From Craspedostauros australis (lineage: Eukaryota), in the NCBI GenBank assembly GCA_030167865.1, contig JALAGF010002523.1, positions 1 through 48,646 of the forward strand: a stretch of 48,646 nucleotides of DNA. Direction: 5' to 3'. The notes beneath the pieces are model-generated. The model saw only the letters and a list, made by a program, of their open reading frames with translations. It did not search any database and was not told the DNA's origin. A program made the translations under genes and the position numbers. Positions 11,978 through 23,659 of this stretch are shown here, piece by piece (position 1 is the stretch's first letter; each line of letters begins with the position of its first letter).

Positions 11978-14900
11978 CTACCGCCGTTTTGTTAGCGCGG
12001 CGCTTCTGTGATGGCTGTTCGAAAGTGAGTTGCTCCTGGGTGCAAGTTCGATGGAAGGTATCATGGGATCACGTTGCTGCCAGCTGGAATTCGTGGAACT
12101 GCCCAAGAAGGGCATAGTTTCGCCGCTGCTTCCACCAACATCATCGTCGTCGTCGTCGTCGCGGTCCATTCCGACACTGGCGTTCTGTGGGTTGCGATCA
12201 GCCGCGTTGCTGCGGCCGCGTGCAGTGAACACGTTGCGCCGTCGGAACTGACCCCTAAACGTCACGAGTTTGATCCAACATGTGTGCACGAGGATCTTTG
12301 CCGGATGGGCATACTCCTTGCCGGTCTGGTACAGGAATGATATCGTTGACGCGAGAAGCATGATGGAACAGGCTCCGTACAACCAAAGGAACATCAAGGC
12401 GTATGGTGAGAAGAAACCAGGTCCGACCAGATTGATGTGATCCTCATACACCTCAGTCCCCACAGTCCACGCAGCGAGCATTTCGCCACGCGAGAATACA
12501 ACACCAGGATTCGTGTCGCGTTTTCCTCCTTTCGGTACATCGACATGCATTTGCTTGCTGCTTCTGATCAAATCACCCTCCTGGTTCATCTTCTCGAGCA
12601 GCTTGCGCATGAAACTGTCTGATTGCAGGATATCATTGGATACTCTTTCCGCAGTCATGGCCAGAGGATAAAGATCATCAATGTTGCATCTGGCTTCCGT
12701 GGCTGCACTCAGAACTGCGCCATCCTTCTGATTCCAAGCATCCTCGGTGACGGACGGTGGATTATCTGAATGCAGCAATTTGCGTCCGCCTCTTCTGTTT
12801 GGATCGCTTCTTTGGCTTGTCTTGGCTGTGCCATGGGCGGGAGGTGGATGGACTCCACTCTCACCCATACCCATATTCGTACCCTTGCCCCTACCTTCAC
12901 TCTTGATCTTGACTTTGGTATTGAAGATAGAGATCTGCACAACCACCTTGGTGCCCTCTTCTGAGGACGCCTCCGCGTTGACGCCAACCCCACCGCTGCC
13001 TTCTTGCGACACGGGAGCTAGTGGCCATGGCAAGATGGCGATCACATCCACGTCGCCGGCACCGAACAGTCGCGGCTCGTCATTCTGCACGAACTCATCC
13101 GTGTGGACAGCAGCCACGATGGAGTTTGCGAGCTGTTCTGTGACGCGATGATCCCACTGTGTTGCTTGGAAGTCGTCAAAACCAAGAATCGCATGCACCA
13201 GAAATGGAACGCGACACGTATCCAACCGGCTGCATGCCTTGACGTGACATGGTCGGACATCACGAGAAATCTCCCTGCAGGTGCCATTAGATGATCCAGC
13301 AACGTACTCCTGAGTATTGCCGTTGTTCGCTGATCCTCCGTCGAGGACGTGCGGCAACGCATCGAGCGCCGAGGACAAACGCGTTTGCTCGCACGAGTAA
13401 TCACATCCACTCCATCGATCCGTCTCGCAGATATCATCCACGTCAGCTCTTCGTTCCGCATCGCTGTGAATGCTACCATCTTGCGATCGATGATGGATGC
13501 GCAGCGCCTCGTCGCAGGATATCTCGCACTTGCGATGCTCCGTGCATATACCGGATCCTTCGCACGTCACTTCGGATGGATCCAGATAGTACTGATGAGG
13601 CTCGCCCGCTTTCGTCGTCAGCTCGGCAGCAAGATCCTGACAACTTCGCCCCTCAGCAATGCCTGGAGTGTCAATCAGCCGCGTCCATTCTTCCGTTCCC
13701 ACCAGCGCCACGTTGCTGGGCGTATCGGATTCCTGACAGATACGAATGTCAGTACTTTCATAGCAGCTCTTGGTGAGTATCGGAGCGTTGTTGACGAACC
13801 TGCAATCCTCATCGAACTGCTCGGATATCTTGGAAAGCTTCTGGGTCTTATTCTGCGCCGCCGTGTCGTAAGCGCAAGAGCTGTGCGCAAAGCCGATGCG
13901 GTAGCTGTTCCAATCGAAGAGCACGTTATGCCCTTGCATGGCGTTGGCCCCGAGCACGCTGCCGACCGATTCGGTGAAGAAGAGGCGGGAGTGGTACATA
14001 TCCAACGGCACCGAGTACTCCATGTAAGACGTGGCAGGAATGGCGATGAGCAAATCGTTGGGAGAGGCTGGATCCAGCTGTCCGACCTGGCCGACCAGAT
14101 TCTGAGCTCCGACGCCGTTCATCCGTCCCGGGCTTTCGCATTGGATCAAGACGGTCGGCAGCGCCTGGATCTGCTCGTCCGTCAATCGAATCGGGTTGTG
14201 GTGATACTGCGATCCCACTGCTTCCTCCCACGCCCGGCTGAATGCGTCCGCGGCCTCGATGGAGAGGTAGGTGTCCGTGGTGCCGCTGTCCACGATAGTT
14301 CCCTTCCCTGCGTTGATGACGTCGAGATGAAGCGGGACCTTGGCGATGCGATTCAATTCGTTGGGCGATTGGCCGTCAAATTTGAATTCGAAACCGCCGC
14401 CCTTGGCGATGAACATGGCCTTGACGTGGACGGTGAACCATCCGTGCGCGCGTGCGTTTCTTGCGTAGATCATCGGCGACGTGTCGAGGGTGGAGGAGAC
14501 ACCACCGAGAGTCATGATGCCAGCCGTGACACCGCGCTTGGAGGTCCCGAACTCCTTGCGGAAGCACAGGGCGAAGATGCTGTTTTCGAGCTTGCCCGCC
14601 TTCCATAGGCGTCTGGCGATGTTGAATTTGTGCGCGGACATGCCCATGATGCCGCTTGCCAGCTGCGTGACGAAGAGTCCCTTGCTTTGCTTGAGGCAGC
14701 CGAACATGAAGTTGATCCTCCGCGATTGATCGTTGGTCTGAGCCGCCTCCAGCACATCCTGGCCGCCCACGTAGACCATGTCCCGAGCCTGGTAGGCGTA
14801 CCAGGACGATCCTTCCGTGTAGGATTGCTGAAACTGGCATTCGTTGACGGCGCCGTTATCTTCCATCCTGCTGGCTTCGTTGGTGCGCGCGCGCGTGTAC

Positions 14901-16153
14901 GTGTGGGTGCGTGTGCCCATGCATCGATTGGTGATGGGCGGAATGCACTCGGAGCAGTTGAGAGCGTGGAATGTGGAGCTGCGCGATGGATCAAAGTAGG
15001 AATCCGCATGGTTGTTGCCACAAGTATCACAACCTGTGCACGGGAATGCAGTGAAGTGGCTGCCCGTGTCGATGATGACGCTTTGGCGTTGCGGTGTGGG
15101 CGATCCGACCCATAGGTTTGCGTAATGCGTGCCATATCCTTGCGATAATGTGACAGCCTGGTAGTTGTCGTATTGGTGACGACCCTGGTAGACGATGGGC
15201 GACGACCTCTGCGTTTTACCAGCCAACGATTTCAACCAACTACTGTGAGAGAGTGCTCTTCTTGACTGAGGAGGCGGGTCGGATGAATGCTGAGATTCGG
15301 GCGCAGCACGTTGCGGTGTGGCTCCGCCTTGGTCTGGCAACTTCCTCGTATCGATATCACTGTCAGTACCGTCACCGTCACCATCACCATCATCGTGATC
15401 GTGGCCGCCATCGTGATCACCGTGTTCTTCTGCACTGGTACTGGTACTGTTACTGCTACCACTACTGCTACCACCAGTAGCCACATTGGTAGCCACATTG
15501 GTGGTCGCATTGATCGTCATGTTGGCATGAAGGGCATTTGAGTAGTCATGCGAGTAGACCCCACCCCAAAACGACTGCAGATCCATTCCATTCCGTTTGC
15601 GATACCTGATCTCGTATCGACTCAGATGACGGTATTCATCCCATTGCCTCCTCTCATCGTTGGGCATCGTGGACAGCGTGGAATAGATGCCATTCAAGTT
15701 GGGATGCTGCCATCGTTTGGGGATGGTCATGTGGCGCAGGACGTGGTCCTCAGAGTCGCGCTGCGTCGCATTGTTCCTTTGCGCATAAGCGTTATTGCTT
15801 GCATTGAACGACACGTCGGGCTTCTGTTGATGACGGAGACGACGACGATGACGACGACGCTTGCCGTGCTGACGAGCAGCCTCGAGGCGCACAGCCGTGG
15901 GGATCAAGTCGAGAGAGATGGCCTTGATTCCCGTCGGGAGCCGATGGGCCTCGTTGCTGATGGTGCCATTGATGATGACATCGGCTTCTCTCCTTGTTGC
16001 ATCCATCACATTGGTTGCATTGGTTGCAGCAGGGAAGGACGACTGATGACATTCCGCAGACAGCTCATGGACCGCCAACATGCAGAGAGGAATCCCTGCA
16101 AGAGCAAGAATCCAACCAAGAAGGATCATGGCCGCCATTGCTATGCGATTCAT
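11978..16153 (-). CDS. Membrane-anchored A1 aspartic protease, plasmepsin V/ASP5-like (1391 aa)
   Basis: N-terminal hydrophobic signal and two catalytic motifs, IIDTGS and IVDSGTT. Cys insert FPCTGCDTCGNNH, flap QSYTEGS, and LGA..FD....RIGFA..C. Cys-rich TSP1-like region (WSGCDYSC) and a C-terminal TM segment. Confidence 0.9.
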   Translation of the reverse strand: MNRIAMAAMILLGWILALAGIPLCMLAVHELSAECHQSSFPAATNATNVMDATRREADVIINGTISNEAHRLPTGIKAISLDLIPTAVRLEAARQHGKRRRHRRRLRHQQKPDVSFNASNNAYAQRNNATQRDSEDHVLRHMTIPKRWQHPNLNGIYSTLSTMPNDERRQWDEYRHLSRYEIRYRKRNGMDLQSFWGGVYSHDYSNALHANMTINATTNVATNVATGGSSSGSSNSTSTSAEEHGDHDGGHDHDDGDGDGDGTDSDIDTRKLPDQGGATPQRAAPESQHSSDPPPQSRRALSHSSWLKSLAGKTQRSSPIVYQGRHQYDNYQAVTLSQGYGTHYANLWVGSPTPQRQSVIIDTGSHFTAFPCTGCDTCGNNHADSYFDPSRSSTFHALNCSECIPPITNRCMGTRTHTYTRARTNEASRMEDNGAVNECQFQQSYTEGSSWYAYQARDMVYVGGQDVLEAAQTNDQSRRINFMFGCLKQSKGLFVTQLASGIMGMSAHKFNIARRLWKAGKLENSIFALCFRKEFGTSKRGVTAGIMTLGGVSSTLDTSPMIYARNARAHGWFTVHVKAMFIAKGGGFEFKFDGQSPNELNRIAKVPLHLDVINAGKGTIVDSGTTDTYLSIEAADAFSRAWEEAVGSQYHHNPIRLTDEQIQALPTVLIQCESPGRMNGVGAQNLVGQVGQLDPASPNDLLIAIPATSYMEYSVPLDMYHSRLFFTESVGSVLGANAMQGHNVLFDWNSYRIGFAHSSCAYDTAAQNKTQKLSKISEQFDEDCRFVNNAPILTKSCYESTDIRICQESDTPSNVALVGTEEWTRLIDTPGIAEGRSCQDLAAELTTKAGEPHQYYLDPSEVTCEGSGICTEHRKCEISCDEALRIHHRSQDGSIHSDAERRADVDDICETDRWSGCDYSCEQTRLSSALDALPHVLDGGSANNGNTQEYVAGSSNGTCREISRDVRPCHVKACSRLDTCRVPFLVHAILGFDDFQATQWDHRVTEQLANSIVAAVHTDEFVQNDEPRLFGAGDVDVIAILPWPLAPVSQEGSGGVGVNAEASSEEGTKVVVQISIFNTKVKIKSEGRGKGTNMGMGESGVHPPPAHGTAKTSQRSDPNRRGGRKLLHSDNPPSVTEDAWNQKDGAVLSAATEARCNIDDLYPLAMTAERVSNDILQSDSFMRKLLEKMNQEGDLIRSSKQMHVDVPKGGKRDTNPGVVFSRGEMLAAWTVGTEVYEDHINLVGPGFFSPYALMFLWLYGACSIMLLASTISFLYQTGKEYAHPAKILVHTCWIKLVTFRGQFRRRNVFTARGRSNAADRNPQNASVGMDRDDDDDDDVGGSSGETMPFLGSSTNSSWQQRDPMIPSIELAPRSNSLSNSHHRSAALTKRR

Positions 16154-16293
16154 GGCGGCAAGATCATTGGGTGTGAACCTTTGTGGACCGTTGGCGCGAG
16201 GAGAGACCTCGCTGTGTTATGCTGTGATGGGATTGATGTTTGCGCTGCTGGGTTGGATGTTGTGGCTACTCTTGTATTGTAATGCTCTATTGT

Positions 16294-16330
16294 AATAGAA
16301 TAGAATATTCTATTATTCTATTCTAGAATA
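16294..16330. promoter_or_regulatory. AT-rich palindromic nGAAn/nTTCn array (HSE-like)
   Basis: aatagaatattctatt (16299-16314) is a perfect palindrome, and attctagaat lies at 16320-16329. About 140-180 bp upstream of the protease ATG. Function is inferred only. Confidence 0.3.
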
Positions 16331-17021
16331 TATTAATATGTGATGCGGAGATGTACTATCATAGAGTATTTGTGCCACGCCCAGCTCGTGCGAACATGGT
16401 TCCACGAGTTCACTCTCTACAACTACACGTACGAGTCCACGTATGATTTGCAAGCCGAAGCGCCTTTCTGTCCCCCAACTGATTTTCTTCCGTTCGCAGA
16501 ATCGCGAGGAATTGTAGATCGAACTGCTTACGAGCTACTCCATCGCTTTGTGCCACTCTGTCAACTCTCCAGATTATACATAATATATAGTATAGTAGAT
16601 CGTACGTGTGCGAGTATGCGCAGCGCAAGGAGAATGCTTCTATGCACAACTTCAATGCAGCGGCGTGATGGGCTTAATTCCGCCACTATCATGTATTAAT
16701 GTTGGATACGATTCACTTCGTAAGAGACCAGGGCAGAGGAGATGAGAGCGCTCGCGAAGTAGAGGATATCTGTATGGACCACGCCGAACGAGCAGGACGT
16801 AGTGTGTAGGATACGTCGGCGTGAATTTGGGTGAGGCACCTTGTGCTGCTTGTTCCATCGACTCTTTTGATCGGCGCTCTGCGTTCTGTGGCCGTCCAGG
16901 CATGAGTGTGAATTGTTCCAGGTCTGTGCATTTGTACTCGTGAACATGCAGTGTAGTCTTCACGTCGTCAGATCTGTTCCAGATCAGTGGAAAACTGAAG
17001 AATATCATTGCCTGCAGAGAG

Positions 17022-20000
17022 CTAGTTTCTGCATTTGCGTCCACCTTGGCCGTCTGTTTTTAGACTTCTGCGAAGGAGATATCTGCTTGGAGGAGGGTCA
17101 CTGCCACCGCCACCACCACCTGGACGTTCACCTCCTCTGTCGCCACCTCCTGGACGTTCACCTCCTCTGTCGCCACCTCCTGGACGTTCACCTCCTCTAT
17201 CGCCACCACCTGGACGTTCACCTCCTCCATCGCCACCACCTGGGCGTTCACCTCCTCCATCGCCACCACCTGGGCGTTCACCTCCATCGCCACCTCCTGG
17301 ACGTTCACCTCCTCCATCGCCACCTCCTGGGCGTTCACCTCCTCTGTCGCCACCACCTGGAGGTCCATCACCTGTAGGTCCATCGCTGCCTGGACCATCT
17401 CCTCCATCGCCACCACCTGGGCGTTCACCTCCTCTGTCGCCACCACCTGGAGGTCCATCTCCGCCTGGAGGCCCATCTCCACCTGGAGGTCCACCACTTC
17501 CCGGTCCACCTGGACCATCGCCACCCGGTCCACCACCACCTGGAGGTCCACCACCACCCGGAGGTCCACCGCCACCTGGAGGTCCACCACCACCTGGAGG
17601 TCCACCGCTGCCGCCGTCCTTGCAGCCGTCTTCTGGGGTTTGCTGAACGCAAGCGTCGCCGCTGCCGCCACAGCACAAGGAACAGCATGTGCAATCCACT
17701 TCATTGGAGTCCCTGCAATCTGCGGCAATGAAGGTCTGTTGATCCTCCCACAGGCCGCAGACCTCGCTGGGCATCGTGATTGGTCCGAAGTTGTTGTGTT
17801 GGATCTCGAATCTGTCGAGGTTGGCGAGTTCGCCGTATTCAATTGAAATACCACCGGTCAGTTGGTTGCCGGCAACGTTCAGGGTATCTACGGGTATTGG
17901 CACATGAGGTAGAGTATGGTGGAACAGAACAGAACAAAACAGACCAGAAGAGGGTGTTGTCGTGTCGTATGTTTGCGATGGAGACGGGGAATGAAACCAA
18001 GAACGTTGAATTGAACTGGAGAGGTGAGGAATGGTGGCTGACATAGAGCTTTGAAACGAAGAGGCGAGCATCACCACGAATCGCAATCGCGACAAACCAG
18101 AATACTCGCAGCATGCATGCTCACTAGCGGCACTTACTGATGTTGGTCCATTCCGCAGCGAACCTTGGAGGCAACCCTCCCGTCAACTTGTTATCCTTGA
18201 CGGAGAACGATTCGATGTGCTTCAGGTGGCTCAGCTCGATCGGCAGGTCTCCACCGATGAGTTGGGAGGCGAGGTTCAGCTTGACGACTTGATCAGGTTT
18301 GTCGCAAGTGACACCTGGCCACTCGCACAGCCCCTTGTTGTGCGTCGAGGCGACGAGTGCATTCGACGATTGGCCATCGTTGCGTCCCACGTAAAGGATC
18401 ATGATACCGAATGCCTGCAAGAGAGTCTCGTCTGTCGATGTGATGCAGGACACCAGAGCGCTGGACGAGGCCTTCAGAACGTCGCCGGGGCACAGGATCA
18501 GCATAGCCTGTGCTTGTGGCGTGCTGGGATCTTCCAAGCTTGCCTTGTCCACTGTGCTCGACTTGTTCTTGAGGACTTCCATGAAGTTGAATTGCTCGGG
18601 TGTCAGCGCACTGAGAAACTCTTCCCTGGTCTGGCTGCTGGTGGCATCGTTGTTGTCGCCGCTGTCGTCACCAGAACGAAGACCGACCACGACACCCACG
18701 ACAACGCCGATGACGAGCACCAGGCACATCATGGAGAAGAGCAGGATCATCTGAAGCTTCCGAGACGACTCGCTGTCACGGTTCGCCCTGGCCTTGTTGG
18801 CTGCCGCCTTGGAGGGCTTCTTGGGCTTGGGTGCGACGGTTTCCACGGGCGCTGGTTGCTCGTTGACGTTCTGGACATCGATGGGCGCAATGGCCTCGTC
18901 CATCATCTGCGCTCGGACTTCGCCGATCATCTGTTCCCGTACCTCGCGGATGAGGTCGTCTCTTGTGACGGCGGTTGCCATTGCCAGGCCCTCGTCTGCG
19001 TCGGCGCCTGACGGGTCCACCGCTCCCGTGGAATTTTGGAAGGCGAGCGCCGAGGGAGGCGCGACGGCCGCGGAAGTAGCATCGGAAGTACGCGGTGGGG
19101 TAGCGTTCGCGGCAGAACGCTGGCGGCTTTGAACCGCAGAGGCCTGAATGTCAGGAGCTGGCCCTTCCGTCGATTGTCCAAAGAAGTTGATGGTGGCATT
19201 TTCATCCTGGTCGTCGTCGTCGCTGTCATCGCTGTCATCGCCAGCGAAGTCCTGCACATGGGTGCTGCCTGCCATGCCCTGGATCGCCACTGCCCCAGCA
19301 GAGCCATGCGTCGACTTGCCTTTCTCCTTGTCCTTGCCCCCCTCCTTGTCATCCTCGAACTCAGCCGATGACTTCCTGTGATAGTGCATGGAAGCACCAG
19401 GCGTGGACAAGTTCCTGACTGGCGGTGTGGCGCTCTTGGTCCTAACCGTCGCGGTCGCCGAACCGGAGGCTTGCGCCTTGATCTGCTGATCCGTGAGCCC
19501 CTGGGATCCTGAGCTCTGTTTGCGTGCTGCAGATGCCGCGCTGCTCCCCCTTTCGGAGCGTGATCGTGGCCGTCGATGGGCCACCGAGCTGGAAGCAGCG
19601 GCGGCACCAGCGGCGGCACCAGCGCCAGCATCGCCGGAAGCTTCATTCCCAGCAACCATCTCGCCGGATGGGGTGCCATCAGTGAGGTCGAGGATGGCGC
19701 TCTCGAAGTTCCGCAGAGATGTCGGCGGTGCTTCTGCTTGTGCTTGTGCTTCGTCGTTGCTCCTTGGTGCGGATGCCTGATCCCCCGAGACTGGCGCCTT
19801 CTTTTTCTTCTTCTTTGCTCCAACCTTCTTCTTCTTTGTTCCGACCTTCTTCTTTCGTTTTGGTTTGGCGTTTGTGGTTGTGTCTGCGTTTGCATCTGCC
19901 ATAGTGTCCGCCATAGTATCTGCATCTGCGCTCACATTCGCGTTGGAGTCAGCGTCGCCAGTGCCGTTTGGATCATCGCTGTTGATCACCAAGACGTTGG

Positions 20001-20547
20001 CATCAGCTCCGGTCTCGGTGCCAGCGTTGTCACCCTCCGCCGTCTCCTTTGCCTTCTTCGCTTTGGCCTTCCCTTTGCCTTTGGCCTTGCCCTTGGCTTT
20101 TCCCTTCGCCTTGCCTTTGACTTTCTTCTTCTTCTTGGTGGTCGTAGTTGTGCTTGTGGCGGTTGCTGGTGCTTCTGCTTCTGCAGTTACTTCTGCTTCT
20201 GCAGTCACTTCTGCTAGTGCTGCTGCAGTTACTTCCGTGGCCGCCTCTGCCGGCAAGCTTGCTGGTGCCTCCGCAGTTGCTTCTGTGGCCACATCCGCGC
20301 CCTCAGTGGGGCTCGGGCTTGAGGGGGCACTCAGGTCCGCATCGTTGGCCCGAGCGACTGGCTCCGAATCCGCCTCAACTGCCGTCTCAGCATTCTCTGT
20401 CTTGCCATTGCTGCTGCCATTGGAAGCGCTATTGCCATTGCTGCTGCTTTCGTCACTTGCCTCCTTGTTGGGGTCGCTGTTGGTCTCACTGTTCGTCTCG
20501 CTGCCGGTCCCGTCGCTGATCCCGTCGGTCTGCTTGTCATCCTCCAT
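17022..20547 (-). CDS. Type II membrane leucine-rich-repeat protein with a Gly/Pro/Arg repeat tail (2 exons: 20547-18138, 17887-17022; 1091 aa)
   Basis: A phase-1 GT-AG intron joins EWTNI-N-TLNVAGNQLTG in frame. Long disordered N-terminus, TM segment (ILLFSMMCLVLVIGVVVGVVVGL), LRR N-cap CEWPGVTC, plant-type LRRs (LxxNxLxGxLP), Cys cap CTCCSLCC, then GGGPP/GGGDRGGERP repeats. Confidence 0.85.
17099..17610 (-). repeat. Coding minisatellite: ~30-nt GGGDRGGERP units and ~18-nt GGGPPG units
   Basis: Plus-strand unit ccacctggacgttcacctcctctgtcgcca is tandemly repeated with variants. Confidence 0.9.
17888..18137 (-). other. Spliceosomal intron (250 bp) of the LRR gene
   Basis: Donor GTAAGT at 18137 and acceptor TAG ending at 17888. 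Removal restores LRR periodicity. Confidence 0.82.
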
Positions 20548-21736
20548 GGTGATTCTGTTTGTGCTTCTCCGCTTGTGCTCTTCTTGCTCTTCTTGCCTTG
20601 CTCTTCTTGCTCTTCTTGTCTCGTGGAAGGCGGCTCCGCTTCTGCTTCTGCTGACGGTGCTGTCCTGTCGTCCTCCTCCTGATGTTGTTGCTATTGTTGC
20701 TGCCGCGCTCCTCTCTTGTGCAGTTCAGGAGGCTCTGCTCTATCTCGATGGTTGGTGTAACCCAAGAGCAAGGAACAAGAACAAGCTCCGAAGACAATCG
20801 CAACTGCGCAGGAGGGCGGCTGGTTCCACAAAGAGGGTGGTGTCTGTGCTCGTTTCCATGTTTCTCTCCGTGCTTTCGTTTTCTTAGGTGGAACTGCAAC
20901 TCCCCAATTCGCGGCTGATCCCGCCCCATTACGAGCACGAGCACGAGCACGATCACGAGTAGACACAGAAGCGTTCGCATCAAATCGGTTGCCGCCATCA
21001 TCATCGCCACACAGCGCCAAAAAAGACCAAGGCGGAGGAGCCGCGACTGTGTCAGTCCTTCACCGGCTGACGACCACGAACAGACATCTTGCTTAATTCC
21101 TTCAAAGACACCAAGCGTGACGATGCGACATCACATACCCAATCAAAAATCTGGCATGAAACCAAGGAGAGGCTGAACTGTCAATCCATGTCACATCACA
21201 ACACCCATGCCTCTAAATATCCTGGACGCAAGACAACGGAATTTACAGCCTTCATGGAACACCAAAAACAATAAATGGGTGCCATGGTCGTACATTGGGC
21301 ACCACGTTACCTACACCGGCCGGTCACTCGCTCCCTCGCGTGCAAAAGTGACTACCGCGTCAGACGGCCAGACGAATATCATCTCATCGAAATCGAAGAA
21401 ATTCATTTCCTATCTTCGTTCTACTAGACGTGTCTCGCGCTGCGTCCGTCGCACTTACGAGCCATTACGTGTTGCTTTACCTATTGCGTTGCTCCATCAG
21501 GCACCACATTGATGTTGGAATAATCGTATGTACAGATCTGACAAGTCCCTCGGTACGTCATTGGCCATACTCGTACCCTGCAAGAGAAGGATACGGTTCT
21601 GCCGGCAACTGTCTTGGTGCAGTTGGAGTCTGTGTGGGGATGGCTGGCATGTTGCGATGCACAATACAATAAATATTATGATACAATACTCCAGCTCTGG
21701 CGATACTCGTAATGTGCCGCTTCTTTCCTGTTGGCG

Positions 21737-22456
21737 TTAGACACGAAGGCTGGCAGGACTGTGTACAGAAGTGTGGACGAGATCAGGCTCTCCCATGATC
21801 TTGGCGACGTCCCGAGGCGTTTCGTGGAAGCGATTACGGGCATTGACGTCAGCATGGCAGGACTTGATGAGATACTCGATGCAATCGCGACTGAGACCCC
21901 AGCATGCCTGATGGAGCGAGGTGCTGTGATCGTCGTCCATGCTGTTGATGTCCATGTTGCAGCCCTCCACGAGATACTTGGCACAGCCCAGATGGCCCAG
22001 CCGGCATGCGTCATGAAGCGGGCTGTTTCCACCCAACCGGCGAATGTTGACATCGACATTGCACGCCTCCACCAAGTACTTGGCGCAATCCAAGTGGCCG
22101 CTGGTGCATGCTTCGTGGAGCAGAGATCGGCCGCAGATATCTTGGCTGCTGACGTCAGCACGGTACTGTTCAATGAGGATCTTGATCAATCCCAGTTTGC
22201 CCGCAGAGCACAAATGGTGCAGTGGGGTCTTGCCATCTATGTCTCTGCTATTGATCTCGACATTGCAAGATCCAATCAGGAACTGGATACACTCCATCTG
22301 CGCGTTGCTACATGCCGCATGCAGCGGAGTTCCGCGATGCGAATGTCTGACCATGTTGATGTCGCCGTCTGGATTCTGCTTCTTCCATTCCTTCACGACG
22401 TCCAAATTTCCTGCCTCCGCAGCGTCGATGAGTTTCATGCCTGTAATAGTTCGCAT
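21737..22456 (-). CDS. Ankyrin repeat protein (239 aa)
   Basis: About six ankyrin repeats (GTPLHAAC, GKTPLHHLC, GRSLLHEAC, GNSPLHDAC, STSLHQAC, ETPRDVA) with DIN/DVN linkers. Confidence 0.9.
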   Translation of the reverse strand: MRTITGMKLIDAAEAGNLDVVKEWKKQNPDGDINMVRHSHRGTPLHAACSNAQMECIQFLIGSCNVEINSRDIDGKTPLHHLCSAGKLGLIKILIEQYRADVSSQDICGRSLLHEACTSGHLDCAKYLVEACNVDVNIRRLGGNSPLHDACRLGHLGCAKYLVEGCNMDINSMDDDHSTSLHQACWGLSRDCIEYLIKSCHADVNARNRFHETPRDVAKIMGEPDLVHTSVHSPASLRV

Positions 22457-23659
22457 GGTGATGTGATCGATCTTCCGATGATTGGTTGGGTGTTGGTACT
22501 TCGAGACTTGAGAATCAGTGTTTCGGTACTAGATGATAACGTACAAATACGTTTAATCGTTGATTGGTGGTCGCGTATCAATTGTAATGAACGATGAATG
22601 CATGGAGAGTGAGTGAGTGAGATGCTCGAAGAATACTATCATGGCAGACATGAGATACGTGCATCTCCAGACAACGAATCGAAACTCAAAGCAATTGAAA
22701 GGGAAGTGCCAACTCGCATGGGCGATGGCGGTATCTGTGGTTGATACTCTGTCGACATCTTTCGGGGGTTCCGCGCATGTGCCATAGGAGTACATGCATT
22801 ATTCCATACGCAGTGTTTTTCTCACTCACTTGCTGGATCGCCTTTGGATTGGAACTGGTTTGATCGTCTTCGAGTGATGACTGCTGCGACTTGCGATGAC
22901 AATCTATTATATGTCGTTGGATCAGGTCGATGGAGATTGTGATCTGATTTCAACGCTGCGCCGTACTTCTTCCTCTTTCCGTCGGATGATCTCCGTGATT
23001 CTCTACGCTTTGGCTTTGATCGATCCACGATGCTATGCACCGTGGCGCCTGCATTCGTTCCACGACGACTGGCATCCCATCGTTAATTTCGCATTGATCT
23101 TGTAACACGAAGGGTGAGATTGCAGAGTTTTCTCCATTTGCTCAGCCAATGTTTGTATGGCATGTGCAGCTCGGCGCGGAATTGCTACGTTGAGTGGCCA
23201 GCAAGTGGAGCAGCTCCGTTGTTGCACCTAAAGGAACTCCGCCTGTTTGTTCGTGGCCACGGTTGGCCGGCGAAGGTTGGCCTTGATTGTCGAAATCTTG
23301 GTACCGTGGCCCGTCTTGCGACTACAATTGCAATTGCATCTACGCTTGGGTTGGTTCGTGCTGGCGCTGTCGAGAGGGATGGCTGCGCCGCTGGCAACAA
23401 ATGTTGTCTTGCCGCACTGGATGGTTTGGTTTGGTTTGGTTTGGCCACATCATCTGGGCCATTCGTACGAGTGCTCGTAGCGCATGCGACGATCACACGT
23501 TGGCACGGCTTGCACTGTTTCCATGAATAGAAACGTTGACCTCTGTTCGCGATGTGCGCAATGAGCGTTAACAGGGAAGGCCCGACACTGCGTGATACGA
23601 GTAGGTACGAAGAAGACGTATGTTGAGTGCTCTTTCGCTAGTATCGTACTCGTAGAGTA

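Noticed and set aside
17099-17610. CRISPR-like periodicity of about 30 nt
   Set aside because: Tandem coding units with no unique spacers and no cas genes, in a eukaryotic context.
17035-17854. Alternative-frame repeat ORFs (extensin-like poly-Pro, His-rich, VVAMEE)
   Set aside because: These are shadows of a stop-free minisatellite. Only the Gly-rich frame is continuous with the LRR exon.
19865-20887. 340-aa hydrophobic plus-strand ORF
   Set aside because: Antisense shadow of the Lys/Glu/Ala-rich LRR N-terminus.
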